Shown in pieces: positions 57,459 to 58,752 of a DNA stretch of 58,752 bases. Location of the stretch: IMG/VR virus record IMGVR_UViG_3300045988_036009; one strand, 5' to 3'. The position numbers and the translations under genes are program-made. The DNA is from a virus. The notes beneath the pieces were generated by a model. The model did no database searches and had not been told where the DNA came from. It saw only the letters and a program-made list of their open reading frames with translations. Numbering within the stretch: position 1 is the stretch's first letter; every line of letters starts with the position of its first letter.

Positions 57459-57644
57459 TTATTTACTAGCGCTATCTTTAGCCATGTATCCCCACATGAA
57501 CAATAGAATGCCCTGAATAGAGCCTGTGAAACATACGGCAAATCGTGGATCGAGTTCGAAAAATACAATAAACATTGTATAAATCATCGCGCTCAACAAT
57601 GCTCCAATAACTGCCAACATAACGGCTCCAGCTAAAACTCTCAT
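57459..57644 (-). CDS. Small two-TM membrane protein
   Basis: 61 aa, AAAGGAGAA RBS. MRVLAGAVMLAVIGALLSAMIYTMFIVFF...GILLFMWGYM. Confidence 0.6.
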   Translation of the reverse strand: MRVLAGAVMLAVIGALLSAMIYTMFIVFFELDPRFAVCFTGSIQGILLFMWGYMAKDSASK

Positions 57645-57672
57645 TCGCTAGATTCTCCTTTCTTTTTAAAAC

Positions 57673-57707
57673 AAAAAAAGAATGAGGAGTGTGTAAACCC
57701 CTCATTC
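57673..57707 (-). terminator. Rho-independent terminator
   Basis: Minus strand reads GAATGAGG-GGTTTACACACT-CCTCATTC followed by TTTTTTTG, 10 nt after the stop of 57718..58023. Confidence 0.75.
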
Positions 57708-57717
57708 AGTGAAACTT

Positions 57718-58023
57718 TTAGTCTTTGTCATCGAATGTTTCGAAGTCTCCTTCAATAACATCATCTTCGTCCTGCTGTTTCGATGCGTTGTAGATAGCGC
57801 AGACAACTGATCCAATAGCAACTCCTGTTAGGAATCGTAGTGCTGGTTTGCGGTATTTAGCGATGAAATCAGCGGTCTTTTCACCAAATGATTTCTTCAC
57901 CTCAATACTCTCAATTTTCACTTCGGGTTCCTTTTCGGTAGCTACTTCTGTAACTTCGTCCTTTACTTCCTCAACTGTATCAACAACAGTTTCCTCGATT
58001 TGTTTTGAAACTTCTTTTGACAT
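57718..58023 (-). CDS. Acidic protein with C-terminal TM segment; first gene after cassette P8
   Basis: 101 aa, AAAGGAGGA RBS. Glu/Val-rich N-half, TM segment LRFLTGVAIGSVVCAIY. Confidence 0.65.
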   Translation of the reverse strand: MSKEVSKQIEETVVDTVEEVKDEVTEVATEKEPEVKIESIEVKKSFGEKTADFIAKYRKPALRFLTGVAIGSVVCAIYNASKQQDEDDVIEGDFETFDDKD

Positions 58024-58050
58024 TTCTTTGTCCTCCTTTTATTTCGTTTC

Positions 58051-58075
58051 ATTATAGTATGTGTAATTCCTGCGG
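58051..58075 (-). promoter_or_regulatory. Conserved promoter/leader cassette, copy P8
   Basis: Minus strand reads CCGCAGGAATTACA-CATAC-TATAAT-GAAACGAAATAAAAGGAGG-N7-ATG(58023). Starts right after the stop of 58077..58391. Confidence 0.6.
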
Positions 58076-58076
58076 A

Positions 58077-58391
58077 TTATTGATCAAGTCGACTCAAATA
58101 TTCGATTCGTTCTTGAATCATTTCCGCATTGGACATAGCATTAATAAGATCATTTGCGATCTGAACTGGATTCGCTTGTACGAATTTATTCGTGATTTCC
58201 TCAATGTCTTCACTAACGCCATTATTTAATTTCATTTCACGCCAGTTAACCAAAATATATGTTATTACTGCTCGCTCAATAGGATCAAGATCAGCAAACA
58301 TATAATCATACACCATTGATTTAAATAATGATGTTAAATTTAAATCTTGTGGCGCATTCAGAATTTCAGGATCTTTAACCCAGCTTCTCAT
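58077..58391 (-). CDS. Hypothetical protein
   Basis: 104-aa ORF. Its ATG shares one base with the adhesin stop codon (TAATG). Confidence 0.65.
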   Translation of the reverse strand: MRSWVKDPEILNAPQDLNLTSLFKSMVYDYMFADLDPIERAVITYILVNWREMKLNNGVSEDIEEITNKFVQANPVQIANDLINAMSNAEMIQERIEYLSRLDQ

Positions 58392-58752
58392 TATTTAGTC
58401 TCCTTGCGTTTGATAACAACAGCAGCAGATGCCAAGAATACACCAGTAGTAATAAGAGCAAGCTCTAGGCTAGATCCAGTATTTGGCAAAGTATGAGTTT
58501 CAACTTGTTTGGTTGCTTCAATTACTTTAGCCGGGATATTACGCACAACAGGTTTCTTTTCTTCGTATTTACGAATAACAACTTGTTTAGGTGCAGGTGG
58601 TGTTTGAGGTTTAGGAGTTTCCTTAGGCTTATCTGCTGGTTTCTTAGGATCCTCTTTAGGCTTGTCTTCTGGCTTCTTAGGATCCTCTTTAGGTTTTTCC
58701 TCTGGTTTCTTAGGATCCTCTTTAGGTTTGTCCTCTGGTTTCTTAGGATCCT
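58391..58752 (-). CDS. LPXTG adhesin, C-terminal part (continues from 1..1073 across the window junction)
   Basis: Own translation ...KPEDKPKEDPKKPEEKPKEDPKKPEDKPKEDPKKPADKPKETPKPQTPPAPKQVVIRKYEEKKPVVRNIPAKVIEATKQVETHTLPNTGSSLELALITTGVFLASAAVVIKRKETK*. It has LPNTG (58475..58489), a hydrophobic helix and a basic tail, which together make a sortase sorting signal. Stop at 58391..58393. Confidence 0.85.
   Translation of the reverse strand, partial: DPKKPEDKPKEDPKKPEEKPKEDPKKPEDKPKEDPKKPADKPKETPKPQTPPAPKQVVIRKYEEKKPVVRNIPAKVIEATKQVETHTLPNTGSSLELALITTGVFLASAAVVIKRKETK
58641..58752 (-). repeat. 33-bp coding tandem repeat, right part (3.4 units; continues at nt 1)
   Basis: Units start at 58641, 58674, 58707 and 58740 (ttcttaggatcctctttagg(c/t)tt(g/t)t(c/t)(t/c)tctgg(c/t)). 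Confidence 0.85.

Overview
The window is an essentially complete, circularly closed genome of about 58.7 kb: the last 46 nt repeat the first 46 nt. It belongs to a tailed dsDNA phage of siphovirus type (tape measure, Dit, Tal, phi13-type major tail protein, no sheath). The host is a low-GC Gram-positive bacterium, judging from AGGAGG ribosome-binding sites (RBS), an LPXTG sorting signal, a Pal-type amidase and an LL-H-type holin. Every credible gene (about 85) lies on the minus strand, tightly packed with overlapping stop and start codons.

Gene order in the direction of transcription (high to low coordinates):
- An ORFan block rich in small membrane proteins (58023 to 48293).
- A replication module: a 1275-aa SF3-helicase / AEP-primase / family-B polymerase fusion (44215..48042), an SSB-like protein, an SNF2-like helicase, VRR-NUC and a PD-(D/E)XK nuclease.
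- An 870-aa protein with an RNA-polymerase-type ADFDGD catalytic loop plus several HTH modules (38910..41522).
- A GC-rich island.
- Holin-like genes, a small-terminase candidate, an HNH endonuclease, large terminase, portal, and a prohead-protease::major-capsid fusion.
- Connectors, major tail protein, chaperones, and a 2766-aa tape measure with about 12 tandem 59-aa repeats.
- Dit, a 1676-aa Tal, a collagen-like fibre and a Pal-type amidase endolysin.
- A string of small accessory genes, many with their own promoter (7559 to 1087).
- A secreted LPXTG-anchored Cna-like adhesin gene that spans the window junction.

Non-coding and family-level highlights:
- Eight copies of a ~45-nt promoter/leader cassette (CGCAGAAATTACA-N5-TATAAT-GAAAAGATA).
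- Three of these copies stand in tandem; two precede a degenerate tRNA-like RNA and a 72-nt stem-closed RNA.
- A five-member family of basic proteins shares an N-terminal H(F/Y)GxKGMKW motif and is scattered through the structural module.
- Two structured intergenic regions of 250-290 bp.

No integrase, repressor, rRNA, CRISPR array or transposase was seen. All functional calls rest on motifs recognised by eye and on gene order; no database search was possible.
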